Sequence record: KJ019095.1
Reading direction: 5' to 3' (one strand)
DNA length: 64,000 nucleotides
The position numbers were made by a program, and so were the translations under genes. Numbering within the stretch: position 1 is the stretch's first letter; each line of letters starts with the position of its first letter. The notes under the pieces are model-generated. The model was not told the origin of the DNA. It ran no database searches and saw only the letters and a list, made by a program, of their open reading frames with translations. This document shows positions 30,401 to 39,735 of this stretch, piece after piece.

Positions 30401-33400
30401 CTCAGGTTGGTCTATCCTCTATCGCCCACTCATACGCAAGTGGTGGTAAGTTCTACACTGGTATCACTACTAATGTGTTCCCACAGGTATTCACTGACCC
30501 CAACATCAAGGTAACCAACGCTGTATATGACGAAGTATCTGGTGTTATCACCATTACTACTAACAAGGCACACGGACTTACCGCTACCGCACCTGTTCTA
30601 CTACAGGACCTAAACTTCTCTTGCCTCTCTGGTGGTGTAGGAAACACCCCAGGCAACCTTGTGTTCCCCAGGAACCAGGAAGTTTATGATGTTGTGTCCG
30701 TTCTATCTACTACACAATATACGATCAATGTAGGTCCTTCTGACTTCTCTCACACATATGTTGATGGTGGTACTTCTACCACACAGAACATCACCAAGGC
30801 AACCTACAACAAAGGAACCGGTGATCTAACAGTAACCCTAGACAAGCAACACGGTTATTCAGTTGGTGATCGTGCTAGTGTGGTTGATCTCCTCTTCTCC
30901 TGTCAGTCTGGTGGTCCCAACAACCAACCTGGAACACTTCTATTCCCCAGACCTACTGATGAGTATGAGGTTCTATCAGCAAGTGGTAAGACACTCACAG
31001 TTAATGTTGGAGCGTTCCCATCACTAGTTCATACCTATAAGAATGGTGGTTCACTAACCTATAGTTCTACTGTACTTCCTGTAACTAACGCAGTTTATGA
31101 TCAATCAACTGGAGTTCTAACACTCACCACATCAATTGCACTAGGGGCACCTGTTGGTTCTACCATTAAGATGCAGGGTCTAAACTTCTCCTGTGATTCT
31201 GGTGGTCCTGGTAATGACTCTGGTTCTATTGTATTCCCAAGACTAGACACCCCTACCTTCAAGGTGAAGGAAGTCAAGAGTGGTGTATCCTATGTTATCA
31301 ATGTAGGAACCTCCACACTCTCACACACCTATACTTCTGGTGGTTTCTCATCACTCAAGAAGTTGAAGAACGACCCCAATATTTTCAAAGTTATCGACAC
31401 CCCAACACCTAGTAAGGTTATTACTAATGTCGGTGTATCCTCTATCGCCCATGACTATGTGAGTGGTGGTAATATGTTCGTGGGTATCACCACTAATGTA
31501 TTCCCTGATGGAACTCGCCCTGATGGAAGTAGGTTCGAAGTTATCTCCGCCCTATCACCCAACCAGGCACTCATCAACATCGGTGTTTCTACTATCACCC
31601 ACAACTACGATAGTGGTGGTAGGATGCAGTATGGTACTACCAATGAGAGACCTGTTCTAGACTTCCTATACGATGGTCAGACTGGTATCTCCACTGTAAC
31701 TATTAGAGGAACTCATGGTTTGAACCAGGGTGACCTAGTGAAACTCAGAGGTCTTGAGTTCGCTTGTACTAACTCACCTGGTATTACAACTACTATCTTC
31801 CCAGATGGAACTGCCGCTGGTCTCAATATCTACAAGGTTACTGAGATTATTAGTAACAGTACCTTCAAGACAAATGTAGGTAGAGTTGGATTCGATCATA
31901 CTTACATCCAAGGTGGTTCCGCTTTCGTTGGTATCACTACTAACATCTTCCCAGATGGAACACAAGGTTACAACTATACAGTTGCCGCCATTCCTAATAA
32001 GAATCAGGTAACAGTTGATGTGGGTATCTCCAGTATCCAACATGATTATATTCGTGGTGGATCACTATTCTCTGGTAAGACTAACGAGAGAGATATCGCA
32101 GACTTCAAGTATGATCACATCTCTGGTGATGCGGTTCTTACCTTCAGAAAGGCACAGAACTTATTCACACAAGATCTAGTAAAACTTAAGAACCTTCAGT
32201 TTGATTGTCCAAACTCTACTGGTATCACTACTACTCTCTTCCCAGACGGAACCAGAAGTAACCTCTTCCTAATCAAGGAGAGACTAAACCCAACACAGTT
32301 CAAACTCAATGTTGGCACTTCACCATTCGGTCATGACTATGTGAGAGGAACAGGTCAGGCATTCGTTGGTATCACTACTAACATCTTCCCTGATACCAAG
32401 ACACAACCAAGTAAGTTATTCAAGGTTGTTGATGTCCCAACTCCTACTACTATCTCCGCCAAGATTGGTGTATCCACTATCTCCCACTCATATGTTAAGG
32501 GTGGTAAGGTATTCGTTGGTATTAACACTGATATCTTCCCTGGAGATGAGCAAGTATCACCACTAGGTGACACATATACAGTTCAGAGTATCACTAAAGA
32601 TGGTGAGTTGGTTATCAATGTTGGACTATCTTCTATCAGTCACTCCTATGGTGGCGGTGGTAAGGTTCTATATGGACAGAGTTCTGGTAACAACCTACAA
32701 CATATCACTGGTCCTGGTGTACTAGACGCAACCATCGCCGCTATCGATTTCGAGAAACAGGTAGCAATCAACGCACTAAACAACAGACCTTGGGGTTCAT
32801 TCGTTCCTGAAGAGACTGCTGTTGTGGAGGCGTTCGCCTATGATAACCAGACTGGTTTCGGAACAGTAACCGCTAGGGGAATCAACGTCAACACTGGTGA
32901 CACCATCAGGATGAGTGACATTCAGTTTGTTTGTTCTGAGGAGTACGCAGGTGTAACCACTACCTTCTTCCCTGATAATACTAGACCAGAGGGTCAGTAC
33001 TTTAGAGTAGAAAGAAGAATCAACATCGATGAGTTTGAAGTTAATATTGGTGTTTCTACTATCAAACACGTATTCAACTACGAAACAGGTGGTAACGTAT
33101 ATCGTTACAGACAGTCTATTCTAGATGTTAACTACGATAGATCCAGTGGTATCACTAGTATCCGAGCAACCAAGCATGGTTACAAGGCAAAAGATATTGT
33201 GGAACTAGGTGATATCGAGTTCGATTGTCCCGTATTCAAACCTCAATATGATATTGAGAACTTTGTTTATGATAACACAACTGGTCTATCCACAGTTACT
33301 ACTACTGTAGATAACACTATCAAGGTAGGTGACAATGTAAAACTAGCAGACATCAAACTAGAGTGTCCTCCATATGGTAACCAGAGAGTTATTGATAACT

Positions 33401-36400
33401 TTGTTTATGATAACAAGAGTGGTCTTTCCACCATATCACTAACAGCAGCACACGGACTCAACCTAAGACCTAGACCTTCTGTTTCTATCTCTACCGCCCT
33501 CTATGATAACCAGACTGGTATCCTAACCGTTACCACCAATGCTGACATCAACTTCACCGATAGAAGTGGTCAGGGTGTTCAACTCAGTGGTCTAAGGTTC
33601 TCCTGTGACTCCGCTGGTTTCCCTGGAACTCTCACCTATCCTGAAGAGAATCTAGTTTATGATATCCTAGAGATTCAGTCTCCTAGTAAGTTTAAGATTA
33701 ATGTTGGTCTCTCCACTATCGCTCACGAGTATGTGAATGGTGGTGCCGCTACTAAGGTTGATAGATTCGATGTGAAACTACAGGGTATCAAGTTTGATTG
33801 TCCCGCCTATGGAAACACAATCGATGTTACTAACTTCCTATACGATCAGAGAAGTGGTAACTCACTAGTTACCGTAGATAAGGCACACAAACTATCTGTT
33901 GGTGATAACATCAAACTAGCGGATCTCAAGTTCCAATGTGCTCCATATGGTAACGATTACAATGTTCTAAACGCAGATTACGACAACACAACTGGTATTA
34001 TTACAGTAACCACTAACCAAAACATCAACGGTGTTGGTGTTGGTGATACTATTCGCCTCTCCAGACTACAGTTTGATTGTGTAGGTAGTGGTCCTGAGTA
34101 TAATATCACTAACGTATTCTTCAATACTGGTAACAGATCAGTTATTCTCACAGTTCCTGAAAGACCAATTGGTCTAAACCCAGGTGATGACATTAAACTA
34201 ACCAATATGTCATACCTAGAAGGTGGTAGTGGTAATGTAGTTGCGTATCCAGACGGAAGAGATTCGAGTCTAAACATCTTCCGTATCAATGATGTTCAAC
34301 CTAACTCCATTCTCCCTGGATACTTCGATGTAACCACAGCGTTCCCCAATGTTAAGGATCCTTTCGCGATCTTCAACAATACTGGTAGACTAACCACTGG
34401 TATTACTACTAACATCTACCCTGAGAATGTAGGTGCTGAAGGTGGTTTCTATGAAGTTATCCGCCTAAGACAAGATAACCAGTTTGAGATTCAGGTAGGA
34501 ACCTCTACTATCACTCACAACTATGTGAGACAAGGACAGATGTTCACTGGTGTAACCACCAACTTCTTCCCTGGTAACCTACAGAACTCACCTAGAGGAA
34601 ACATCTTTGAGATTGTGGAAGTTCCCACAGCAACACAGGTGAGAATCAATGTAGGTGTATCTTCTATCTCTCATAGTTATGATAGTGGTGGTCAGATGTT
34701 TGTTGGTATTACTACTAACATCTTCCCTGATGGAACCAGAGGTAACCTATTCCCAGTTGTTGGAGTGGCAAATACTCTCACCCTAAGAATCGACGCGGGT
34801 GTATCCAGTATCCCCCACAACTATGTTTCTGGTGGAGAACTATTCGTAGGTATTACAACTAATATCTTCCCTGGTAACTCACAGAACTCACCAAGAGGTA
34901 GTATCTTCAAGGTCCTATCTAAGGATAATGAGTGTGGTTCTGATAGATTCACTATCAACGTTGGTGTATCTTCTATCACTCACGGTTATGTTGAGGGTGG
35001 AACAGTCACCACTGGTGTTACAACTAATAAGTTCCCTGATGGAACACACGGATTCAAGTTCCCTGTTATCGATGTTCTAGATGACAACTACTTCACCGTG
35101 AATGTTGGTACTTCTACTATCACTCACAACTATATCTCTGGTGGTTTCACTAGAAGACTTGAAGTTCCTATCAATAGTTTCGTATATGATAGAGTTTCTG
35201 GTCTATCCACAGTGGGTATCCAAAGTCACAGAATGAATATCGGTGACCTTGTGAAACTTCGTGATGTGAAGTTCAACTGTGATCCATATGGTGGAGAAAA
35301 GACTATCTCTGGTGTTGTTTATGATAATACCTCTGGTAGAATGACCGTTAACACCACTGGTTCTCATAGTCTAAACATCAATGATGTTGTGAAACTCTCC
35401 AATATTCAGTTGGATTGTTCCCCATATGGTAACGAGAGAACTATTACCGCCGCCACCTACAACAGAAACAATGGAAACCTAAGTGTTCAGGTATCTGAAC
35501 CTCACAACCTCAAGATTAGTGAGAATGTGAAACTTAAAGGTTTAGAGTTCTCCTGTTCCTCAGAACACGCAGGTGTGACAACAACAATCTTCCCAGATTC
35601 AACCGCACCTTCTCTAAACATCTACGCCATCCAGAGTATCACCAACTCCACAACCTTCATGGTTAATGTTGGAACCTCTACTATCAGTCACAACTATGTT
35701 TCTGGTGGTTCCGCTTTCGTAGGTATCACAACTAACATCTTCCCAGGTGATAGCCAGAACTCCCCCAGAGGTTCTTTCCTCAGTGTGGTAGATATCCCAG
35801 CATCAGACGCCTTCGTGGTGAATGTAGGGGTTTCTACTATCTCTCACGGGTATGTTAGAGGTGGATTGGTTCAGACAGGTATTACAACTGATGTATTCCC
35901 TGATGGAACACAGAGTGATTTCTTCAAGATTGAAGATGTCCCTAGTAATAATACAGTTGTAATCAACGCAGGTATCTCTTCTATCATCCATAGATACAAC
36001 TCTGGTGGTTTCGCCGCCAAGTATGTTACCTATCAGTCCAATAACTCACAACTACTTGATAGTTCTGTTATTAGAGTGAGTGGTGATTGTATGGCAGTTG
36101 GTGAGAGAGTTGAAGAACTCGCAGGTATTGTTACCTCCATCATCAAGAATGGTCCTTCAATCGCACCTGGTGGTATTCCAGTAGATGTGGTAAGTGCATC
36201 CTACGACCAGTCTGGTGGAGCACTATCAGTCACAGTCAAAGACGCAATTGACCTCACACCAACTAACATAGTTAGAATCGAAGGTCTTATCTTCGAGTGT
36301 GAGTCCTCTGGTGTAACAAACACTCGTGTATATCCTGACAATAAGGTATTCAACTATGAGGTTCTATCAGTTCAGTCTCCAACAACCTTCACTATCAATG

Positions 36401-39348
36401 TAGGTTCTCAGGCAGATATCCCACACACATATGTGAATGGTGGAACTGTAAGACCAGGTAACAAGTTTGATGTGGCAACCGCAACCTACAATACTGAAAA
36501 TGGTATTGTGAGAGTTACTACCACTGAAGATAACTACTTGGTTCTTGGTAGAGGAGTTAACCTACAGGGTCTAAACTTCTCCTGTACCTCTGGTGGTCCT
36601 AACAACAAACCTGGAACACTAACCTTCCCCGACAAAACACCAACCAATGTAACCGCCGCCACATATGATAGTGTGACTGGTGTATTACGTATCACAACCA
36701 ACAGACCTCACCAAGCATACAAGGACGCGTTTGTATCCCTAAACGGACTAACCTTCACTTGTGATCCAGGTGGTCCTCTAGTATTCCCTAGAAACCCTGA
36801 TACTAAGTCCTTCAGAGTTACTAAGAGAGTTGATGACTACACATATGAGTGTCAGTTGGCACCAACCAATAAGGTTCATACTTATCTAAGTGGTGGTACT
36901 TCATCCACAGGAAACGGAAACTTCAGAGTTTCTCGTCTCATTGATACAAAGACCTTCGAAGTCACAATGGTTCCTCTAGATCTACCACATACCTATGTAA
37001 ATGGTGGTTCCGCCGCTAGTGTATTCACTAGACAGATCATTGATGGAATCAACATCAACACTAGGAAGTGTGCTAGAGACGTTAGACGTATCTACCTCGC
37101 AGTGGCACACGATATCACTCGTGGTGGTAACTGGAAGTGTGTTGAAGGAGCGAAACTCTACTACGATAACGTGGGTCAAACCAAGTTTATCTCTGGTGGT
37201 GAAGTAAATCAAACCGTTGAGGCACTTGACTTCTCCCTAAACATTGTTAGATGTTTAATCAACAACGTAACATGGGGTGGAGTTCCAAGAGGATATCTCA
37301 CTAAGGGTGAGAGAAGTGAACTAAGAATTCCATCTTCAGCTAAGACTTCAGTGGTTGGTTTCAGACAACAACTACTTTCCAACCAATATACTACTGAGAA
37401 AAAGAATATCTCAGGTATGATATACGATAACCTTACGGGTATCGCAACCGTCACTACTAAACTCTCTCACGAACTCATCAAGTATGATGGTATTCAACTC
37501 TCAGATATTGAGATGAGATGTACTGGTAGTCCAAGGATTACCACCAATGTATTCCCTGATGGAACACAAGGTGAGATCTTTGAGGTTATGGAAACTCTAG
37601 ATGATAGAGTAGCATACATCGTAACTGACGCGTCATACACCAACACCACTGGTAAGTTGGTAGTAACAACAACAGGAAACAATGATATTCCTGTTGGATC
37701 AAGAGCAAAACTAGATGGTTTACTCTGGACTTGTTCATACGATCCTTCAAAACAACTTAAGTTCCCAGAGAACAGGAAGTTCCGTTATGAGGTTATCGCA
37801 AAACCAGATGGTACAACACTAGAGTTCAATGTTGGTATCTCTACGATTCCACACACATTTGTTCCAGCTCCTATAGATGTTGAATACACAGTCAAGGAGG
37901 ATCCAGTTAAGTTTAAGGTTCATGTTGGTACAGTTTCCTTCCCACACACCTACTTCGGTGGTGGAACAGTATGGCACAAACTACCATTCACTCCACCTTT
38001 CACCCAAACACAGATCAAGGACGTATCACAACAGAAAGATCCAGTCCAGTTCTCTAACAATACTCCTAACGGATGTGCTAATGTATTCTCCGCTATCAGT
38101 AATTGTATTGGTGTTGTTACTAGTATCGTAGCAAATGGATTAGAAGGATCAGGTATCTCCACAACTTATCCAGGTAATGATGGTAAAGGTGTTCCAACTA
38201 TGGATGAGATGCCTTCACAGGGTGTTGGTAACATTATCAAAGGTCCATACATCAGAAACTGTACGAACTTCGTTCCCAAGTCTATTGGTATGAGAATGGA
38301 TGGTTTCGACGCGGAACCTGGTGATGAAATCTCCAATGGTGTTCAAGGTTCATCTAACGTTGACTCCTTCACCCAGTTCAACCCTGGTGGTGTTGGTTGT
38401 TCCATCTCCAACGGAACCTACCAACAGTTGGTTTCTATCTTCACTATCTGTTGTGACGAAGCAATCGTATGTGACTCTGGAGCACAACTCGACCTCACTA
38501 ACTCCAACTCTTCCTTCGGTAGATTGGGTCTAGTCGCAAGAGGTATTGGTGATAAACTCTCCAAGTGTATCGACAGATATACTGGTATCGTCGCCAAAGA
38601 GGCATCAATCGAAGATGACCTAGTTGTTGTGAAGGGTATTGGTGATAAGAGACCCTACGATGGTCAGGGTATTTTCTTCGGAGAACTCTTCAGGGATGTG
38701 GTTAGTATCGAAGTTCTGGACGGTGGTTCAGGTTACAACGATGATATTCCACCTAACGCGTTTGTCGCAGAACCTACTGGTCCCGCTGGTATTAAGGCGG
38801 AAGTTTCACCAACAGTCAGAGATGGTGTTGTTGTTTCTATCGAGGTTATCGCAAATGGTAACCAATACAGAGAGAAATTCCCTGAGGTTGTAATATCACC
38901 TCCTAAGAGTCCTCTTGGTAGAACCGCAAAAGCAAGGGCAATTACCGAACCTCTCTACTATAATGTAGAAAGTTCTTCCCCACCTGAAGAGGGTACAACT
39001 AGTATCATCTTCAAACAGCGTCTAAATAATACCGTATCGGTAGGCACAACTGTATTCTTCTCTAGATTAAGTCTACAGATTGCCTCCTCTCACTCCTTCG
39101 AATACATTGGTGCTGGTAACAGCATTAACGGAGCAAGACCTTCTGAAGGTGGAGTTCCAATTAAGGAAAATGAGATCGTGAAGGAAGACGGTGGTTCAAT
39201 TGTCTATACCTCCACTGACCAGGCAGGTAACTTTAACATTGGTGACGATTTCGTTATCAACCAGTTCACTGGTACTATCACTGGTAGATCGTTCGATCAA
39301 TCAGTCCTAAATAAAGTTACTCCACTCATCATCGCCCTAGACAGTTAA
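27445..39348 (+). CDS. Giant virion structural protein (3967 aa) with 31 nested ~95-aa repeat domains inserted in a beta-helix/helical scaffold
   Basis: Late promoter at 27385; N-terminal KIKFKRSG...PS..DL..GELGINY.DGKLF attachment motif; FVSTKGNDNNSG pectin-lyase-like start; repeats YDNxTG...HxLxxGD...FxC and GITTNIFPDG...NVG...HxYxxGG. Confidence 0.92.
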   Translation: MISTATKIKFKRSGVAGRRPSLADLQLGELGINYNDGKLFFRQENEVVGSRIIEPGQGDVIGKTIFVSTKGNDNNSGLNERDAKRTVKAAAAVAEPGDSIKLYPGQYIEDNPIVFKDRVSVEGMELRNVLVTPANPSKDLYQVGEAFHATNHSFVSNRDSTDGASIITYRPLEGTASDRYFDAARLIRDNLSFIANETVGFLTSGYSGFAAGQRSQDAARALELNKNFIVEEAFQYINSPDYTGATYFNPDPAQCKRDLGNIIDGWRYDLISDGNTRSTGLGLTYYAPIPFVNSANVADLVYNRNNGDVLIETDVDTQVSVGEKIKLQDIRLECGSYNNDFFITGFKYDNTSGIGTVNLPFIHNVKVGDLVKFDGLEFDCPAYGAIEYGIQDFKYNETTGGSVVTLTEDHDLKIGDTIELRDLQFDCPAYGGDFTNIINLEYNKTSGQGVITYDKPADLKSGDVVILYDLTLTCDAYGNAISVTDFSYDNFTGITEVEVNRPHNLRPGDLIKLENLKFSCDSYLNETYKVSNFVYNESTGDSVLTLTEPHSLVAGKNVRLADLVFSCNSYVPTAKAISDFQYDEVVGISTITLASPHNLSVGEQFRLEDLVFSCNSYSFTDIPIIDAPYDNVTGYVTLSFSGDHGQQVGERVRLRDIEYSCPGGSGITTTLFPDGTFGYEFEILSVPNTKKMILNVGTSTIEHSYVSGGTATVGITTTIFPDGTQGFDFNVSSVNSSTVIEASVGISTIAHNYVSGGSLFVGFTTTVFPDGTQGDTFRVNSIPSSTQISVNVGVSSIAHTFVSGGTATDLDSFIPVSGFTYNEGDGTGLVSLDKAHNLVVGDSFVLEDLKFNCNSYRTGGTSTIDITNFEYDKVTGLSTVTLSSSHNLHVNDTVALYDIKFSCPGGSGITTNIFPDGTRDNFYDVVADLNPNQIIVRVGKSDITHTYASGGSLSVGITTNIFPDGTRPSGDFFQVISVPSTKSVLTQVGLSSIAHSYASGGKFYTGITTNVFPQVFTDPNIKVTNAVYDEVSGVITITTNKAHGLTATAPVLLQDLNFSCLSGGVGNTPGNLVFPRNQEVYDVVSVLSTTQYTINVGPSDFSHTYVDGGTSTTQNITKATYNKGTGDLTVTLDKQHGYSVGDRASVVDLLFSCQSGGPNNQPGTLLFPRPTDEYEVLSASGKTLTVNVGAFPSLVHTYKNGGSLTYSSTVLPVTNAVYDQSTGVLTLTTSIALGAPVGSTIKMQGLNFSCDSGGPGNDSGSIVFPRLDTPTFKVKEVKSGVSYVINVGTSTLSHTYTSGGFSSLKKLKNDPNIFKVIDTPTPSKVITNVGVSSIAHDYVSGGNMFVGITTNVFPDGTRPDGSRFEVISALSPNQALINIGVSTITHNYDSGGRMQYGTTNERPVLDFLYDGQTGISTVTIRGTHGLNQGDLVKLRGLEFACTNSPGITTTIFPDGTAAGLNIYKVTEIISNSTFKTNVGRVGFDHTYIQGGSAFVGITTNIFPDGTQGYNYTVAAIPNKNQVTVDVGISSIQHDYIRGGSLFSGKTNERDIADFKYDHISGDAVLTFRKAQNLFTQDLVKLKNLQFDCPNSTGITTTLFPDGTRSNLFLIKERLNPTQFKLNVGTSPFGHDYVRGTGQAFVGITTNIFPDTKTQPSKLFKVVDVPTPTTISAKIGVSTISHSYVKGGKVFVGINTDIFPGDEQVSPLGDTYTVQSITKDGELVINVGLSSISHSYGGGGKVLYGQSSGNNLQHITGPGVLDATIAAIDFEKQVAINALNNRPWGSFVPEETAVVEAFAYDNQTGFGTVTARGINVNTGDTIRMSDIQFVCSEEYAGVTTTFFPDNTRPEGQYFRVERRINIDEFEVNIGVSTIKHVFNYETGGNVYRYRQSILDVNYDRSSGITSIRATKHGYKAKDIVELGDIEFDCPVFKPQYDIENFVYDNTTGLSTVTTTVDNTIKVGDNVKLADIKLECPPYGNQRVIDNFVYDNKSGLSTISLTAAHGLNLRPRPSVSISTALYDNQTGILTVTTNADINFTDRSGQGVQLSGLRFSCDSAGFPGTLTYPEENLVYDILEIQSPSKFKINVGLSTIAHEYVNGGAATKVDRFDVKLQGIKFDCPAYGNTIDVTNFLYDQRSGNSLVTVDKAHKLSVGDNIKLADLKFQCAPYGNDYNVLNADYDNTTGIITVTTNQNINGVGVGDTIRLSRLQFDCVGSGPEYNITNVFFNTGNRSVILTVPERPIGLNPGDDIKLTNMSYLEGGSGNVVAYPDGRDSSLNIFRINDVQPNSILPGYFDVTTAFPNVKDPFAIFNNTGRLTTGITTNIYPENVGAEGGFYEVIRLRQDNQFEIQVGTSTITHNYVRQGQMFTGVTTNFFPGNLQNSPRGNIFEIVEVPTATQVRINVGVSSISHSYDSGGQMFVGITTNIFPDGTRGNLFPVVGVANTLTLRIDAGVSSIPHNYVSGGELFVGITTNIFPGNSQNSPRGSIFKVLSKDNECGSDRFTINVGVSSITHGYVEGGTVTTGVTTNKFPDGTHGFKFPVIDVLDDNYFTVNVGTSTITHNYISGGFTRRLEVPINSFVYDRVSGLSTVGIQSHRMNIGDLVKLRDVKFNCDPYGGEKTISGVVYDNTSGRMTVNTTGSHSLNINDVVKLSNIQLDCSPYGNERTITAATYNRNNGNLSVQVSEPHNLKISENVKLKGLEFSCSSEHAGVTTTIFPDSTAPSLNIYAIQSITNSTTFMVNVGTSTISHNYVSGGSAFVGITTNIFPGDSQNSPRGSFLSVVDIPASDAFVVNVGVSTISHGYVRGGLVQTGITTDVFPDGTQSDFFKIEDVPSNNTVVINAGISSIIHRYNSGGFAAKYVTYQSNNSQLLDSSVIRVSGDCMAVGERVEELAGIVTSIIKNGPSIAPGGIPVDVVSASYDQSGGALSVTVKDAIDLTPTNIVRIEGLIFECESSGVTNTRVYPDNKVFNYEVLSVQSPTTFTINVGSQADIPHTYVNGGTVRPGNKFDVATATYNTENGIVRVTTTEDNYLVLGRGVNLQGLNFSCTSGGPNNKPGTLTFPDKTPTNVTAATYDSVTGVLRITTNRPHQAYKDAFVSLNGLTFTCDPGGPLVFPRNPDTKSFRVTKRVDDYTYECQLAPTNKVHTYLSGGTSSTGNGNFRVSRLIDTKTFEVTMVPLDLPHTYVNGGSAASVFTRQIIDGININTRKCARDVRRIYLAVAHDITRGGNWKCVEGAKLYYDNVGQTKFISGGEVNQTVEALDFSLNIVRCLINNVTWGGVPRGYLTKGERSELRIPSSAKTSVVGFRQQLLSNQYTTEKKNISGMIYDNLTGIATVTTKLSHELIKYDGIQLSDIEMRCTGSPRITTNVFPDGTQGEIFEVMETLDDRVAYIVTDASYTNTTGKLVVTTTGNNDIPVGSRAKLDGLLWTCSYDPSKQLKFPENRKFRYEVIAKPDGTTLEFNVGISTIPHTFVPAPIDVEYTVKEDPVKFKVHVGTVSFPHTYFGGGTVWHKLPFTPPFTQTQIKDVSQQKDPVQFSNNTPNGCANVFSAISNCIGVVTSIVANGLEGSGISTTYPGNDGKGVPTMDEMPSQGVGNIIKGPYIRNCTNFVPKSIGMRMDGFDAEPGDEISNGVQGSSNVDSFTQFNPGGVGCSISNGTYQQLVSIFTICCDEAIVCDSGAQLDLTNSNSSFGRLGLVARGIGDKLSKCIDRYTGIVAKEASIEDDLVVVKGIGDKRPYDGQGIFFGELFRDVVSIEVLDGGSGYNDDIPPNAFVAEPTGPAGIKAEVSPTVRDGVVVSIEVIANGNQYREKFPEVVISPPKSPLGRTAKARAITEPLYYNVESSSPPEEGTTSIIFKQRLNNTVSVGTTVFFSRLSLQIASSHSFEYIGAGNSINGARPSEGGVPIKENEIVKEDGGSIVYTSTDQAGNFNIGDDFVINQFTGTITGRSFDQSVLNKVTPLIIALDS

Positions 39349-39352
39349 GATC

Positions 39353-39703
39353 ATGGCAGCAGTTGCTTTAAATACGTTCAAAACGGTCAGGCATTTAGTT
39401 TCTGATTCCAATGTGGGGATTTATACATCCCCCATTGGTGTTGCCTCTATTGTCCTATACGCTCAGGCGACACACGTTGCGAACGATGAAAGTGTATATT
39501 TCATTAACTTTTCACATGCTCGTCCCGACGAGGATCCTGTGCAGTTTGAAATCATTAAGGATGGTCCAGTTATCCCTAATGACGCACTAAACCTATTAAC
39601 AGGTAGATTAGTTCTCGAAACTGGAGACGAACTTAGAGTATCAGGAAATACGACCGGAGATGTGAAGGTTGTTGTTTCTATTCTAGAGACTGCAAAGTCT
39701 TAA
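39353..39703 (+). CDS. Small virion-associated protein (116 aa)
   Basis: Directly after the giant gene; beta-rich GRLVLETGDELRVS motif. Confidence 0.75.
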   Translation: MAAVALNTFKTVRHLVSDSNVGIYTSPIGVASIVLYAQATHVANDESVYFINFSHARPDEDPVQFEIIKDGPVIPNDALNLLTGRLVLETGDELRVSGNTTGDVKVVVSILETAKS

Positions 39704-39735
39704 TAGCATAACACACACACCCAAAGCGTAGACCA

